A stretch of 64,000 nt of DNA from the NCBI RefSeq assembly GCF_964355755.1, contig NC_092670.1, positions 28,384,388 to 28,448,387 on the forward strand. Direction: 5' to 3'. Both the position numbers and the translations under genes were made by a program. This DNA is from Antedon mediterranea. Its lineage: Eukaryota > Animalia > Echinodermata. Numbering within the stretch: position 1 is the first letter of the stretch; each line of letters starts with the position of its first letter. The notes beneath the pieces are model-generated. The model did not search any database, was not told the origin of the DNA, and was given only the letters and a program-made list of their open reading frames with translations. This document shows positions 42,001 through 54,255 of this stretch, piece by piece.

Positions 42001-43420
42001 TGAGCATTTTGACAAAAATTATTCACACTAAACAGCAAAGTGTACAGAATAGCTTCAAATCGCATTTGGAGACGTTTTAGACCATTTTTTGATTTTCGAA
42101 AAAACTTGTTAACATAAAAACACCAAAGTGCTTAGAATAGCTTCAAATCGCATTTTGTGACATTTTCGACCATTTTGTGATTTTCGAAAAAACTTGTTAA
42201 CATAAAAACACCGAATTGCTTAGAATAGCTTAAAATCGCATTTGGAGACGTTTTATACCATTTTGTGATTTTCGAAAAAACTTGTTAACATAAAAACACC
42301 GAATTGCTTAGAATAGCTTAAAATCGCATTTGGAGACGTTTTATACCATTTTGTGATTTTCGAAAAAACTTGTTAACATAAAAACACCAAAGTGCTTAGA
42401 ATAGCTTCAAATCGCATTTTGAGACGTTTTAGACCATTTTGTGATTTTCGAAAAAACTTGTTAACATAAAAACACCAATTTGCTTAGAATAGCTTAAAAT
42501 CGCATTTGGAGACGTTTTAGACCATTTTGTGATTTTCTAAAAAAGTTGTTAACACAAAAACATCAAAGAGCACAAAATAGCTTAATATAGTATTTAAAAA
42601 CGTTTTTGACCATTTTGAGCATTTTGACAAAAATTATTAACACTAAACAGCAAAGTGTACAGAATAGCTTCAAATCGCATTTGGAGACGTTTTAGACCAT
42701 TTTTTGATTTTCGAAAAAACTTGTTAACATAAAAACATCAAAGTGTACAGAATAGCTTCAAATTGCTTTTTGAGACATTATAGACCCTTTTGTGATTTTC
42801 GAAAAAACTTGGTTCCACAAAAACACCAAAGTGCTTAAAATAGCTTCAAATCGCATTTGGAGACGTTTTACACCATTTTGTGACTTTCGAAAAAACTTGT
42901 TAACATAAAAACATCAAAGTGTACAGAATAGCTTCAAATCGCATTTTGAGACATTTTAGACCCTTTTGTGATTTTCGAAAAAACTTGTTAACATAAAAAC
43001 ACCAAAGTGCTTAGAATAGCTTCAAATCGCATTTGGAGACGTTTTAGACCATTTTGTGAATTTCGAAAAAACTTGTTAACATAAAAACATCAAAGTGTAC
43101 AGAATAGCTTCAAATCGCATTTTGAGACATTTTAGACTCTTTTGTGATTTTCGAAAAAACTTGGTTACACAAAAACACCAAAGTGCTTAAAATAGCTTCA
43201 AATCGCATTTGGAGACGTTTTAGACCATTTTGTGATTTTCAAAAAAACTTGTTAACATAAAAACACCAAAGTGCTAAGAATAGCTTGAAATCGCATTTGG
43301 AGACATTTTAGACCATTTTGTGATTTTCGAAAAAACTCGTTAACATAAAAACATAAAAGTGCTTAAAATAACATTAGAAACCGTTTTAGACCATTTTGAG
43401 CATTTCGATAAAACTTTTTT
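33020..43420 (-). repeat. 88-bp satellite, inverted block (~10.4 kb)
   Basis: Monomers read as the reverse complement (AAATCGCATTTGGAGACGTTTTAGACCATTTTGTGATTTTCG). Strand switches at TTAACGAATT|AATCGTATT and AAAACTTTT|TTATTC|TAACAAC. Confidence 0.97.
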
Positions 43421-44601
43421 ATTCTAACAACTTTTTTAGAAAATCACAAAATGGTCTAAAACGGTTTCTAATGTGATTTTAAGCACTTTGATGTTTTTAT
43501 GTGTGGGGATAAATCTAATCATGTGATAATTAAATACTGCCCCCTATAGGTGTTACTGCCCCCTATAATTGTAACAGTCTTTTTCAAATGATTTTCTTTC
43601 TTTTGTATTCATGAACCGGTCAAGGAAGCAGATAGTTTTGTCTCTTACTTAATTAAAGATCTGATTAAAAGGTAATTACTCTACTTTATACATATATTAC
43701 TTTGTTATACATTTATAAGATTCTGTTATGTTTAAGAAACATTAATGTTGTATTTTAAGATGATTGCATTCATAGGCCTAGACATTTGTTTTGGGTTAAC
43801 CTTGACTCATGGAATGTGCAGTTAGGAAGCCTATTGAATAGTATTGTGTTACAATCTTTGAACTAGGATTTTATGCCATATAATGTTATAATATATACTT
43901 TTGTGATAAACCTTCTTTGTATTAACAAAATATGTTTAGATAGATTTAGTAATGTTTAGTTTATAGAAGATAGTTTCTAGTTAACAGTTTGTATAAAATA
44001 GTTCATCCTACAGTTCACACTTGATTAATTTGTACACACGAGGCTACCATGCTCGTGATAGATCGTCATGTAGTGCGTCCTCTATTTATCATACAAAATG
44101 GCTGCGCCCATGGATTTGTTATTGTTTATATATTTTACACAAACCTAAGATTATAACTCCTTGATTCAATGAATAGACTAAGTTTAGTATTCAAATAGTG
44201 TGAGTAAATTCCAACATGCATTTATTCTAGTAATATAATAGTAATATTCAGGCACTTATGATGCAATTGTGTAGGTAATTAATTAGGTATTTGTATACTC
44301 TAACAAAGTATACAGAGGCTGTTTAGGTAGACGTGCCGTTTGACGTAATAGTCGCAGTCCTCAGAGAGAATCCTTTTTATTAGAGTCGCCTGTTAAGTGA
44401 GGTCGTTACTAAGAATTGGCTTGTATTTTAGAATATTATTTACTTTTGTTTCTCATTGTATTTATTTTGTGGTTTTCAGGACCATACTGATCTCTATTGT
44501 TATGCTAAAAACAAATTAAAACCAAATACACCACCGGACCGTGGTAAAAGTGAGAAAAGGCGTGTTTTTCCTTTTGTGTTGTCGTCCACATCCTTACAAT
44601 T

Positions 44602-44619
44602 TGGTGTCAGAAGTGGGAT
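44602..44619 (+). promoter_or_regulatory. Primer-binding site complementary to tRNA-Leu
   Basis: TGGTGTCAGAAGTGGGAT, an 18-nt complement of the tRNA-Leu(CAA) 3' end, 3 nt after the LTR. Confidence 0.88.
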
Positions 44620-44656
44620 CGTGGATCGTATTTGGCTTTAACATTAGAGATCAGTG

Positions 44657-44840
44657 ATGGCAAGCAAGGCATCGTTGCGAGATGTGCAGAGGACGGTTGA
44701 TGAGCTAAGAGCCGAACTAGAAGCAACTAGGCGTGCTGCCCATGGTAATGGAAACACAGTATATGTTCTCCCAGAGAAGAAGATGAGACACTTTGTGGGA
44801 GCCGAAGGGGAATGTGTGGAGTCCTTTGTTGAAGACAATG
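44657..44840 (+). pseudogene. gag: gag N-terminus of element C, fused by deletion to the element's 3' end
   Basis: MASKASLRDVQRTVDELRAELE (coiled coil) ...VYVLPEKKMRHFVG..ECVESFVED resembles the VYV..E.K...F.G....VE..IE start of Gypsy capsid domains; lies directly after the PBS. Confidence 0.65.
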
Positions 44841-45902
44841 GTACTGGGGACGTTTACCCTGACTGGCCTGATGATGCTGGCATTGACTCTGAAAATGCTG
44901 AAAAGATTCTTCTTGTTGTGAATAATATTAAGTTTGAGGACAAACTCAGCTTAAACAGGGGAGTGTGGGGATAAATCTAATCATGTGATAATTAAATACT
45001 GCCCCCTATAGGTGTTACTGCCCCCTATAATTGTAACAGTCTTTTTCAAATGATTTTCTTTCTTTTGTATTCATGAACCGGTCAAGGAAGCAGATAGTTT
45101 TGTCTCTTACTTAATTAAAGATCTGATTAAAAGGTAATTACTCTACTTTATACATATATTACTTTGTTATACATTTATAAGATTCTGTTATGTTTAAGAA
45201 ACATTAATGTTGTATTTTAAGATGATTGCATTCATAGGCCTAGACATTTGTTTTGGGTTAACCTTGACTCATGGAATGTGCAGTTAGGAAGCCTATTGAA
45301 TAGTATTGTGTTACAATCTTTGAACTAGGATTTTATGCCATATAATGTTATAATATATACTTTTGTGATAAACCTTCTTTGTATTAACAAAATATGTTTA
45401 GATAGATTTAGTAATGTTTAGTTTATAGAAGATAGTTTCTAGTTAACAGTTTGTATAAAATAGTTCATCCTACAGTTCACACTTGATTAATTTGTACACA
45501 CGAGGCTACCATGCTCGTGATAGATCGTCATGTAGTGCGCCCTCTATTTATCATACAAAATGGCTGCGCCCATGGATTTGTTATTGTTTATATATTTTAC
45601 ACAAACCTAAGATTATAACTCCTTGATTCAATGAATAGACTAAGTTTAGTATTCAAATAGTGTGAGTAAATTCCAACATGCATTTATTCTAGTAATATAA
45701 TAGTAATATTCAGGCACTTATGATGCAATTGTGTAGGTAATTAATTAGGTATTTGTATACTCTAACAAAGTATACAGAGGCTGTTTAGGTAGACGTGCCG
45801 TTTGACGTAATAGTCGCAGTCCTCAGAGAGAATCCTTTTTATTAGAGTCGCCTGTTAAGTGAGGTCGTTACTAAGAATTGGCTTGTATTTTAGAATATTA
45901 TT

Positions 45903-47389
45903 AGGTTATATGCATGATATGCATATAACCTCTTGATTCTGTCAAAATCTTTATTTATTTATTTATTTATTTATTTATTCTTTCCTTAGCACTATTTTGT
46001 CCGTGCATTATCTTGGCATCAGTTTAATCTAGCTAAGTCAAGTTTTCAGAGTATATTCCTTATGGCCAGGAATCGATGTGGTTATATTTTCACGATGCGT
46101 AATCAAAAATTACGCGGTCTACGCGCGATTTTACGAAATCACGTTTGTAATCATATCTTCACAAGCATGAATCACAATTAAACAAAATTTGGTACTCATA
46201 AATTTCAGGTCATATTTCATCATATGGCAATACAATTACGTGCGTAGCGCATATAACGCTTGCGTACGCGCGCTTAAAATGTTCAAAATTGTCAAAATTT
46301 ATTTTCGATGAAATTAGAGTACGTTTCAGGCAATTTTAAGCGTTTAAAAAATTGCCATGAGTGCGCAAATTTTTGCACGCGCACTGCGCGTTAAACGTTA
46401 ATGCGCACTCTTTTTGCCCGATTTCTGTTTTACAATCTTTCTTTAATAATATCATCATATTTGATTCAGGTTTCAACTCGGAATTGCGTTATACGAGCAC
46501 GTCAAAAGTGATTGGCTACGCACGTATAAGTTAACAAAATGGTGAAAATATGCTAAATTTTTAAATTAATATATATCGTCAGAATGCAGGGGAACACCTA
46601 TTTTTTATTTCATTTTCTTGAAGTGTATGTATCATATGTATGATTTATTATCAAATTAAGAGAACCAAAGTTGATTAAGTCATCATTAATTGCATATTAA
46701 ATTTAAAAAAAATAATTTCGACAATCAAACAAATTATGACATTTTCTTAGGCCAAAATAACAAACTTAACATTAACTTTCTTCCTTCAAAAGTTCATATA
46801 TTAAAGTTAAAAGTATGTAGTTTGACAGTGCATCATTTGTTTACATTTTAAAGATGTCATCATAGTAAAAAATTATAATTCATTTCGGTATGTAATAATC
46901 TATTTGCATCAAAGTGGTTACTGCATAGTAAATACACGGAGGAATCTTTCTACAAATTTTAGTCAGTTGTGTATGGCTCGGTGGTCTGTGCTCGTGTCTA
47001 TGGCATTCAAGGTACCGAGATCGAGTCTCACCTTGGGAAACGAAATAAGATTTTTTTTTTATTATCCGTATTGTTTGTTCAAATTTATTTCTTAGTGTAT
47101 AGATTATACACATGATTTATAATGAAATCTAGATAAAAATTAACTTATGTCTTTATTATTATGTAACAACAAATGTGGTTTATGACATTATACGCATATG
47201 GATCTTTGATCGGATTGTGATACCGGCTATGGTGTTCGCGTTAGCAAGGTACTAGGTCCTATCATATATTATAAATAATTAAAGATTCTGAGAAAATCAA
47301 TCAATCAATATATCTTTAAAAAATCAATTATCTTTATTTAAATCAATGCATATAACCTATAATTCGTCATAGTGACGAATTAAATCTAG
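45903..47389 (+). mobile_element. Non-autonomous Helentron/Helitron2-type element (HINE, DINE-1-like), family 1, inserted in the 3' LTR of C
   Basis: Absent from the 5' LTR; inserted in a TT(T) site without TSD. 5' palindrome AGGTTATATGCAT-gat-ATGCATATAACCT; (TTTA)n at ~45950-45978; 3' subTIR ATGCATATAACCT then hairpin AATTCGTCA-tag-TGACGAATT and terminal CTAG. Confidence 0.85.
46965..47040 (+). pseudogene. Degenerate tRNA-derived sequence carried inside HINE family 1
   Basis: A-box-like TGGCTCGGTGG and B-box-like GAGATCGAGTCTC at tRNA spacing; isotype not assignable. Confidence 0.45.
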
Positions 47390-47549
47390 TTTACTTTTGT
47401 TTCTCATTGTATTTATTTTGTGGTTTTCAGGACCATACTGATCTCTATTGTTATGCTAAAAACAAATTAAAACCAAATACACCACCGGACCGTGGTAAAA
47501 GTGAGAAAAGGCGTGTTTTTCCTTTTGTGTTGTCGTCCACATCCTTACA

Positions 47550-49448
47550 ATTGTTAACAACTTTTTTAGAAAATCACAAAATGGTCTAAAACGTCTCCAA
47601 ATGCGATTTGAAGCAATTATAAGCACTTTGGTGTTTTTATGGTAACGAGTTAATTCGAAAATCACAAAATGGTCTAAAACGTCTCCAAATGCGATTTTAA
47701 GCTATTCTAAGCACTTTGGTGTTTTTATGTTAACAAGTTTTTTCGAAAATCACAAAATGGTCTAAAACGTCTCCAAATGCGATTTGAAGCTATTCTGTAC
47801 ACTTTGCTGTTTTGTGAGAATAATTTTTGTCAAAATGCTCAAAATGGTCAAAAACGTTTTTAAATACTATATTAAGCTATGTTGTGCTCTTTGATGTTTT
47901 TGTGTGAAAAGTTTTATCGAAATGCTCAAAATGGTCTAAAACGGTTTCTAATGTGATTTTAAGCACTTTGATGTTTTTATGTTAACAACTTTTTTAGAAA
48001 ATTACAAAATGGTCTAAAACGTCTCCAAATGCGATTTGAAGCAATTCTAAGCACTTTGGTGTTTTTTATGTTAACAAGTTTTTTCGAAAATCACAAAATG
48101 GTCTAAAACGTCTCCAAATGCGATTTGAAGCTATTCTAAGCACTTTGGTGTTTTTATGTTAACAAGTTTTTTCGAAAATAACAAAATGGTATAAAACGTC
48201 TCCAAATGCGATTTGAAGCTATTCTGTACACTTTGATGTTTTTATGTTAACAAGTTTTTTCGAAATTCACAAAATGGTCTAAAACGTCTCCAAATGCGAT
48301 TTGAAGCAATTCTAAGCACTTTGGTGTTTTTTATGTTAACAAGTTTTTTCGAAAATCACAAAATGGTCTAAAACGTCTCCAAATGCGATTTGAAGCTATT
48401 CTAAGCACTTTGGTGTTTTTATGTTAACAAGTTTTTTCGAAAATCACAAAATGGTATAAAACGTCTCCAAATGCGATTTTAAGCTATTCTAAGCACTTTG
48501 GTGTTTTTATGTTAACAAGTTTTTTCGAAAATCACAAAATGGTGTAAAACGTCTCCAAATGCGATTTGAAGCTATTCTAAGCAATTTGGTGTTTTTATGT
48601 TAACAAGTTTTTTCGAAAATCACAAAATGGTCTAAAACGTCTCCAAATGCGATTTGAAGCTATTCTAAGCACTTTTGTGTTTTTATGTTAACAAGTTTTT
48701 TCGAAAATCACAAAATGATCTAAAATGTCTCCAAATGCGATTTGAAGCTTTTCTAAGCACTTTGGTGTTTTTATGTTTACAAGTTTTTTCGAAAATCACA
48801 AAATGTCTATAATGTCTCAAAATGCGATTTGAAGCTATTCTGTACACTTTGATGCTTTTATTTTAACAAGTTTTTTCGAAAATCACAAAATGGTCTAAAA
48901 CGTCTCCAAATGCGATTTGAAGCTATTCTGTACACTTTGCTGTTTTGTGTGAATAATTTTTGTCAAAATGCTCAAAATGGTCAAAAACGTTTTTAAATAC
49001 TATATTAAGCTATTTTGTGATCTTTGATGTTTTTGTGTGAAAAGTTTTATCGAAATGCTCAAAATGGTCTAAAACGTCTCCAAATGCGATTTAAAGCTAT
49101 TCTAAGCACTTTGGTGTTTTTATGTTAACAAGTTTTTTCGAAAATCACAAAATGGTATAAAACGTCTCCAAATGCGATTTTAAGCTATTCTAAGCAATTT
49201 GGTGTTTTTATGTTAAGTTTTTTCGAAAATCACAAAATGGTCTAAAATGTCACAAAATTCGATTTGAAGCTATTCTAAGCACTTTGGTGTTTTTGTGTAA
49301 CGAAGTTTTTTCGAAAATCACAAAATGGTCTAAAATGTCTCAAAATGCGATTTGAAGCTATTCTGTACACTTTGCTGTTTTGTGTGAATAATCTTTTTCG
49401 AAAATCACAAAATGGTGTAAAGCGTCTCCAAATGTGATTTGAAGCTAT
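47550..49448 (+). repeat. 88-bp satellite, terminal forward block
   Basis: Same monomer; ends abruptly at GAAGCTAT|AATTATCATATTGCG. Confidence 0.96.
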
Positions 49449-49498
49449 AATTATCATATTGCGTATACAGTACTTTTCACCATAAAGTTTAAAAAAAA

Positions 49499-49570
49499 GG
49501 TTTCGTCCGGGCTCGAACCAGGTACCTTCTGCGTGTTAAGCAAACGTGATAACCACTACGCCAAGAATCC
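49499..49570 (-). pseudogene. tRNA-Val(AAC)-like, type 1 (other copies ~53390-53449 truncated, 54289-54363, 54803-54874, 59842-59913, 60687-60758, 61326-61397, 63564-63635)
   Basis: Reverse complement GGATTCTTGGCGTAGTGGTTATCACGTTTGCTTAACACGCAGAAGGTACCTGGTTCGAGCCCGGACGAAACC followed by a T run. Acceptor- and T-stem mismatches. Confidence 0.8.
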
Positions 49571-49841
49571 GCATATAACCATATAACTACATAACGCTGT
49601 GGTGTGTGTCACACATTGTGGCTTCTTAATTAAACAAATTAATTAACAAAAAATTAAAAATCCGGCTCTATAGCTTTGAGGACATGTCCCTGTAGTATGT
49701 TCATGCCAAATCCCAGCTCAATACTACAACGAATAAGGGAGGAGTAGTACTTTAAAAATCGCACTTTTTACTCAATAGTGTCCAGATGGAGGAAGAAGAG
49801 GAGAAAATGAGTAAGTCCTAGACTCGGGTACCCCGAGTAAA

Positions 49842-50165
49842 AAGCACGAATGTGCGATACTCGGGGTGCAGCAAAAGAAGCTGTAATGACGTCATAAGAC
49901 GGGATGTGACGTCACATACACATCAATAACCTACCAAATACGGCTATATGGTACCATCTTCGAGACGTCATATGGCTGCATCCGGATTGAAATCTAAAAA
50001 TCCTGCTCTATAGATTTGAGGACATGTCCCTGTAGTATATTCATGCTAAATCCCAGCTCAATACTACAACTAATAAGGGAGGAGTAGTACTTTAAAAATC
50101 GCACTTTTTACTCAATAGTGTCCAGATGGAGGAGAAGGAGAAAATAGACTCGGGTACCCCGAGTA
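49842..50165 (-). mobile_element. HINE family 2 (~330 bp); full copies also ~52703-53046, 54949-55284, 58637-58980, 61669-62004; partial copies ~49650-49839, 53522-53760, 60841-61028, 61481-61667, 63717-64000
   Basis: On the minus strand: 5' TACTCGGGGTACCCGAGT palindrome, pyrimidine-rich low-complexity tract, 3' subTIR G(T/C)ACCCCGAGTA then GCAC-attc-GTGC hairpin; sits in T runs without TSD. Confidence 0.72.
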
Positions 50166-52700
50166 AAAATATTTATTTTCAATTAAAAAAAAAAGAAAAA
50201 AAATATCCCTAGAGGTTCGCCCCACTACTCAGAGCACTCAAACCTGAGCATTACCCGTTACGCCACAAACCAGTAGATGACTGAAGAGCTGATAATATTC
50301 TATTTATATGAAATGAATTATCAATCAATGAAAAATAATGCCATGCAACTTTGTTTCTGATTTTAAAAAAGATCCATTTGTTTAGGCCTGTCATTCACAA
50401 CCCTAAAAAATATCTCATTTTCAAAAAAAAATTTATTTTCAATAAGAAAAAAAAAAGGCAGTATCCCTAGAGGTTGGAACCTGCTACTGAGAGCACTCAA
50501 ACCTGGGTATTACCCGTTACGCCACAAACCAGTAGAAGAGCTGATAATAGTCTATTTATATGAAATTAATGATCAATCAATGAAAAATAATGCCATGCAA
50601 CTTTGTTTCTGATTTTAAAAAAAGGTTCATTTGTTTAGGCCTGACATTTACAACCCTCAAAATATCTCACTTTAAAAAAAAATATTTATTTTCAATTAAA
50701 AAAAAGAAAGAAAAAAAATATCCCTAGAGGTTCAAACCCACTACTGCGAGCACTCAAACTTGAGCATTACCCGTTACGCCTCAAACCAGTAGATGACTGA
50801 AGAGCTGATAATACTATATTTATATGAAATGAATAATAAATCAATGAAAAATAATGCCATGCAGGTTTGTTTCTGATTTTAAAAAAGGTTCACTTGTTTA
50901 GGCCTGACATTTACAACCCTCAAAATATCTCACTTTCAAAAACAATATTTATTTTCAATTAAAAAAAAAAAAGAAACAAAATATCCGTAGAGGTTCGAAC
51001 CCACTAGTGAGAGCACTCAAACTTGAGCATTACCCGTTACGCCACAAAACCAGTAGATGACTGAAGAGCTGATAATACTCAATTTATATGAAATAAATAA
51101 TAAATCAATGAAAAATAATGCCATGCAACTTTGTTTCTGATTTTAAAAAAGGTCCACTTGTTTAGGCCTGATATTTACAACCCTCAAAATATCTCACTTT
51201 CAAAAACAATATTTTTTTTCAATTTAAAAAAAAAAATCCCTAGAGGTTCGAACCCACTACTGAGAGCACTCAAACCTGAGCATTATCCGTTACGCCACAA
51301 GCCAGTAGATGACTGAGGAGCTGATAATAGTCTATTTATATGAAATGAATGATCAGTCAATGAAAAATAATGCCATGCAACTTTGTTTCTGGTTTTAAAA
51401 AAGGTCCACTTGTTTAGGCCTGACATTTACAACCCTAAAAATATCTCACTTTCAAAAACAATATTTATTGTCAATTAAAAAAAAAAAAGAAAAAAAATAT
51501 TCGTAGAGGTTCGAACCCACTACTGCGAGAACTCAAACCTGAGCACTACCGGTTACGCCACAAACCAGTAGATGACTGAAGAGCTGATAACAGTCTATTT
51601 ATATGAAATGAATGATCAATCAATGAAAAATAATGCCATGCAACTTTGTTTCTGATTTTAAAAAAGGTTCACTTGTTTAGGCCTGACAGTTGCAACCCTC
51701 AAAATATCTCACTTTCAAAAACAATATTTATTTTCAATAAGAAAAAAAAAAGAAAAAAAATATCCCTAGAGGATCGACCCACTACTCAGAGCACTCAAAC
51801 CTGAGCATTACCCGTTACGCCACAAACCAGTAGATGAGTGAAGAGCTGATAATAGTCTATTTATATGAATTGAATGATCCATCAATGTAAAATGATGTTA
51901 TGCAACTTTGTTTCTTATTTTAAAAAAGATCCATTTGTTTAGGCTTGAGATTTAAAACCATAAAAATATCTCACTTTCAAAAACAATATTTATTTTCAAA
52001 TAAAAAAAAAAAAATATTCCTAGAGGTTTGAACCCACTACTGAGAGCACTCAAACCTGAGCATTACCGGTTACGCCACCAACCAGTAGATGAGTGAACGA
52101 GCTCATAATAGTCTATTTATATGAAATGAATGATCCAGCAATATAAAATTATGTTATGCAACTTTGTTTCTGATTTAAAAAAAGGTCCACTTGGTTAGGC
52201 TTGACATTTAAAACCATAAAAATATCTCACTTTCAAAAACAATATTATTTTCAAATAAAAAAAAAAAGAAAAAAAATATCCCTAGAAGTTCGACCCCACT
52301 ATTGAAATCACTCAAACCTGAGCATTACCCGTTACGCCGCAAACCAGTATATGACTGAAGAGCTGATAATAGTCTATTTATATGAAATGGATGATCAATC
52401 AATGAAAAATAATGCCATGCAACTTTGTTTCTGATTTTAAAGAAGGTTCACTTGTTTAGGCCTGACAGTTGCAACCCTCAAAATATCTCACTTTCAAAAA
52501 CAATTTTTATTTTCAATTAAAAAAAAAAGAAAAAAAATACCCGTATAGGTTCGAACCCACTACTGAGAGCACTCAAGCCTGAACATTACCCGTTACGCCA
52601 CAAACCAGTATATGACTGAGGAGCTGATAATAGTCTATATATATGAAATGAATGATCAATCAATGAAAAATAATGCAATGCAACTTTGTTTCTGATTTTA
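50166..52700 (-). repeat. Tandem ~260-bp units (10 copies), each with a tRNA-like Pol III cassette
   Basis: AGAGGTTCGAACC-like motif at ~50211, 50469, 50725, 50990, 51242, 51505, 51767, 52022, 52284, 52546. The minus strand has A box TGGCGTAACGG, B box GGTTCGAACC and a long T run. Confidence 0.88.
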
Positions 52701-53115
52701 ACAAGCACGAATGTGCAATACTCGGGGTACAGCGAAAGAAGCTGTAATGACGTCATAAGACCGGATTTAACGTCACATACACATCAAAAACCGCGCTACC
52801 AAATACGGCTATACGATACCATCTTCGAGACGTCATATGGTTGCATCCGGTATGAAATTAAAAAATCCGGCTCTCTATAGCTTTGAGGACATGTCCCTGT
52901 AGTATATTCATGCTAAATCCGAGCTCAATACTACAACGAATAAGGGAGGAGTAGTACTTTATAAATTGCACTTTTTGCTCAATAGTGTCCGGATGGAAGA
53001 AGAAGAGGAAAAGATGAGAGAGTCCTAGACTCAGGTACCCCGATTAATAAAACGATATATACTCTATGTCATTTTACGTATACAGTATATTTCACCATAA
53101 AGTTAAAGAAAAATA

Positions 53116-53186
53116 GGTTTCGCCAGGGCTCGAACCGGGACCTTCTGCGAGTTAAGCAGACTTGACAACCACTACACTACGAAACC
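53116..53186 (-). pseudogene. tRNA-Val(AAC)-like, type 2 (other copies ~54515-54585, 59050-59120, 59558-59628, 60411-60466 truncated, 61034-61106, 63281-63351)
   Basis: Reverse complement GGTTTCGTAGTGTAGTGGTTGTCAAGTCTGCTTAAC(T/A)CGCAGAAGGTCCCGGTTCGAGCCCTGGCGAAACC: perfect acceptor stem, but altered D stem and a 1-nt-short, mismatched T arm. Confidence 0.8.
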
Positions 53187-53844
53187 TCTTACACCAAAAA
53201 TGTGGGTTACACAAAGTTTTTTAATCCATTTAAATTACAAATAAATTATTATGTAATAAGCACAAAGCAAGATAAACATGTGTAAAAGTGATAATTACCG
53301 ATTACACAAAATAAATATTTTTAAAAATAATAAAAATAAGATATACTGTATATCATATTACCTTATCAGTACTTTTTACCATAAAAGCAGCTCGAACCGG
53401 GGACCTTCTGCGTGTTAAGCCGACGTGATAACCACTACGCCAAGAAGCCGCATATAACTACATAACGCTGTGGTGTGTGTCACACATTGTGGCTTCTTAA
53501 TTAAACAAATTAATTAACAAACAAGCACGAATGTGCAATACTCGGGGTACAGCGAAAGAAGCTGTAATGACGTAAAGACCGGATGTAACGTAACATACAC
53601 ATCAATAACCGCGCTACCAAATACGGCTATACGGTACCATCTTCGAGACGTGATATGGCTGCATCCGATATGAAATTAAAAAATCCGGCTCTATAGCTTT
53701 GAGGACATGTCTCTGTAGTATATTCATGCTAAATCCGAGCTCAATACTACAACGAAAGGGAAGAGTATTTACCGATTACACAAAATAAATATTTAAAAAA
53801 ATAATAAAAATAAGATATACTGTGTATAATTATCATATTGCGTA

Positions 53845-54255
53845 AAGGACGCCTTGAAACTTTCATCCGTCGGGCTGGTAAAATGATTGGTCTGGAACTG
53901 CCTTCCTTTACCGATGTGCACCTAGAACACCTCCAGAAAGATTTCGATCGCATTGAGTCGGATGCCTCTCATCCTCTCTACAAAGTAATCATAGACCAAC
54001 TTAATCCAAGTGGTAGATTGAGGCTCCTCAGTGTGAAAACAAATCGATTTGCTAAATCCTTTATTCCCTCCGGTATCATCTAGTACAACAGGAAGTCAAG
54101 AAGATAATTTTATCTTGTAATTTTTTAGATGTTTTTATAAGAATGGTTTTATGCTATATTTGTTTTTATTGTGTGTTCTTTGTTATTATGATGAGCAATG
54201 AATTTCCTTTTTGAGGATCAATAAAAGTTATCTTATCTTATCTTATCTTATCTTA
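53845..54255 (+). mobile_element. 5'-truncated LINE 3' end (Rex1/Babar-like, CR1 group)
   Basis: ORF end SHPLY...LNPSGRLRLLSVKTNRFAKSFIPSGI matches the HPL...LPSGRR....RTNRF..SFIP tail of this clade. 3' UTR GAATTTCC...GGATCAATAAA and a (TTATC)5 tail at 54228-54255. Interrupts TTGCGTA|TACA, which is intact in sister modules. Confidence 0.85.

Larger units (their letters stand above)
43502..47549 (+). mobile_element. Internally deleted Gypsy-type LTR element C (1.1-kb LTRs, 365-bp interior)
   Basis: LTRs 43502-44598 and 44964-47549 (the latter split by an insertion), termini TGTGGGGA...TCCTTACA, near-identical. PBS at 44602; PPT-like AAACAGGGGAG before 44964. No clean TSD. Confidence 0.92.

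Noticed and set aside
518-49448. CRISPR-like appearance of regular repeats
   Set aside because: Monomers are head-to-tail with no unique spacers, there are no cas genes, and the context is eukaryotic.
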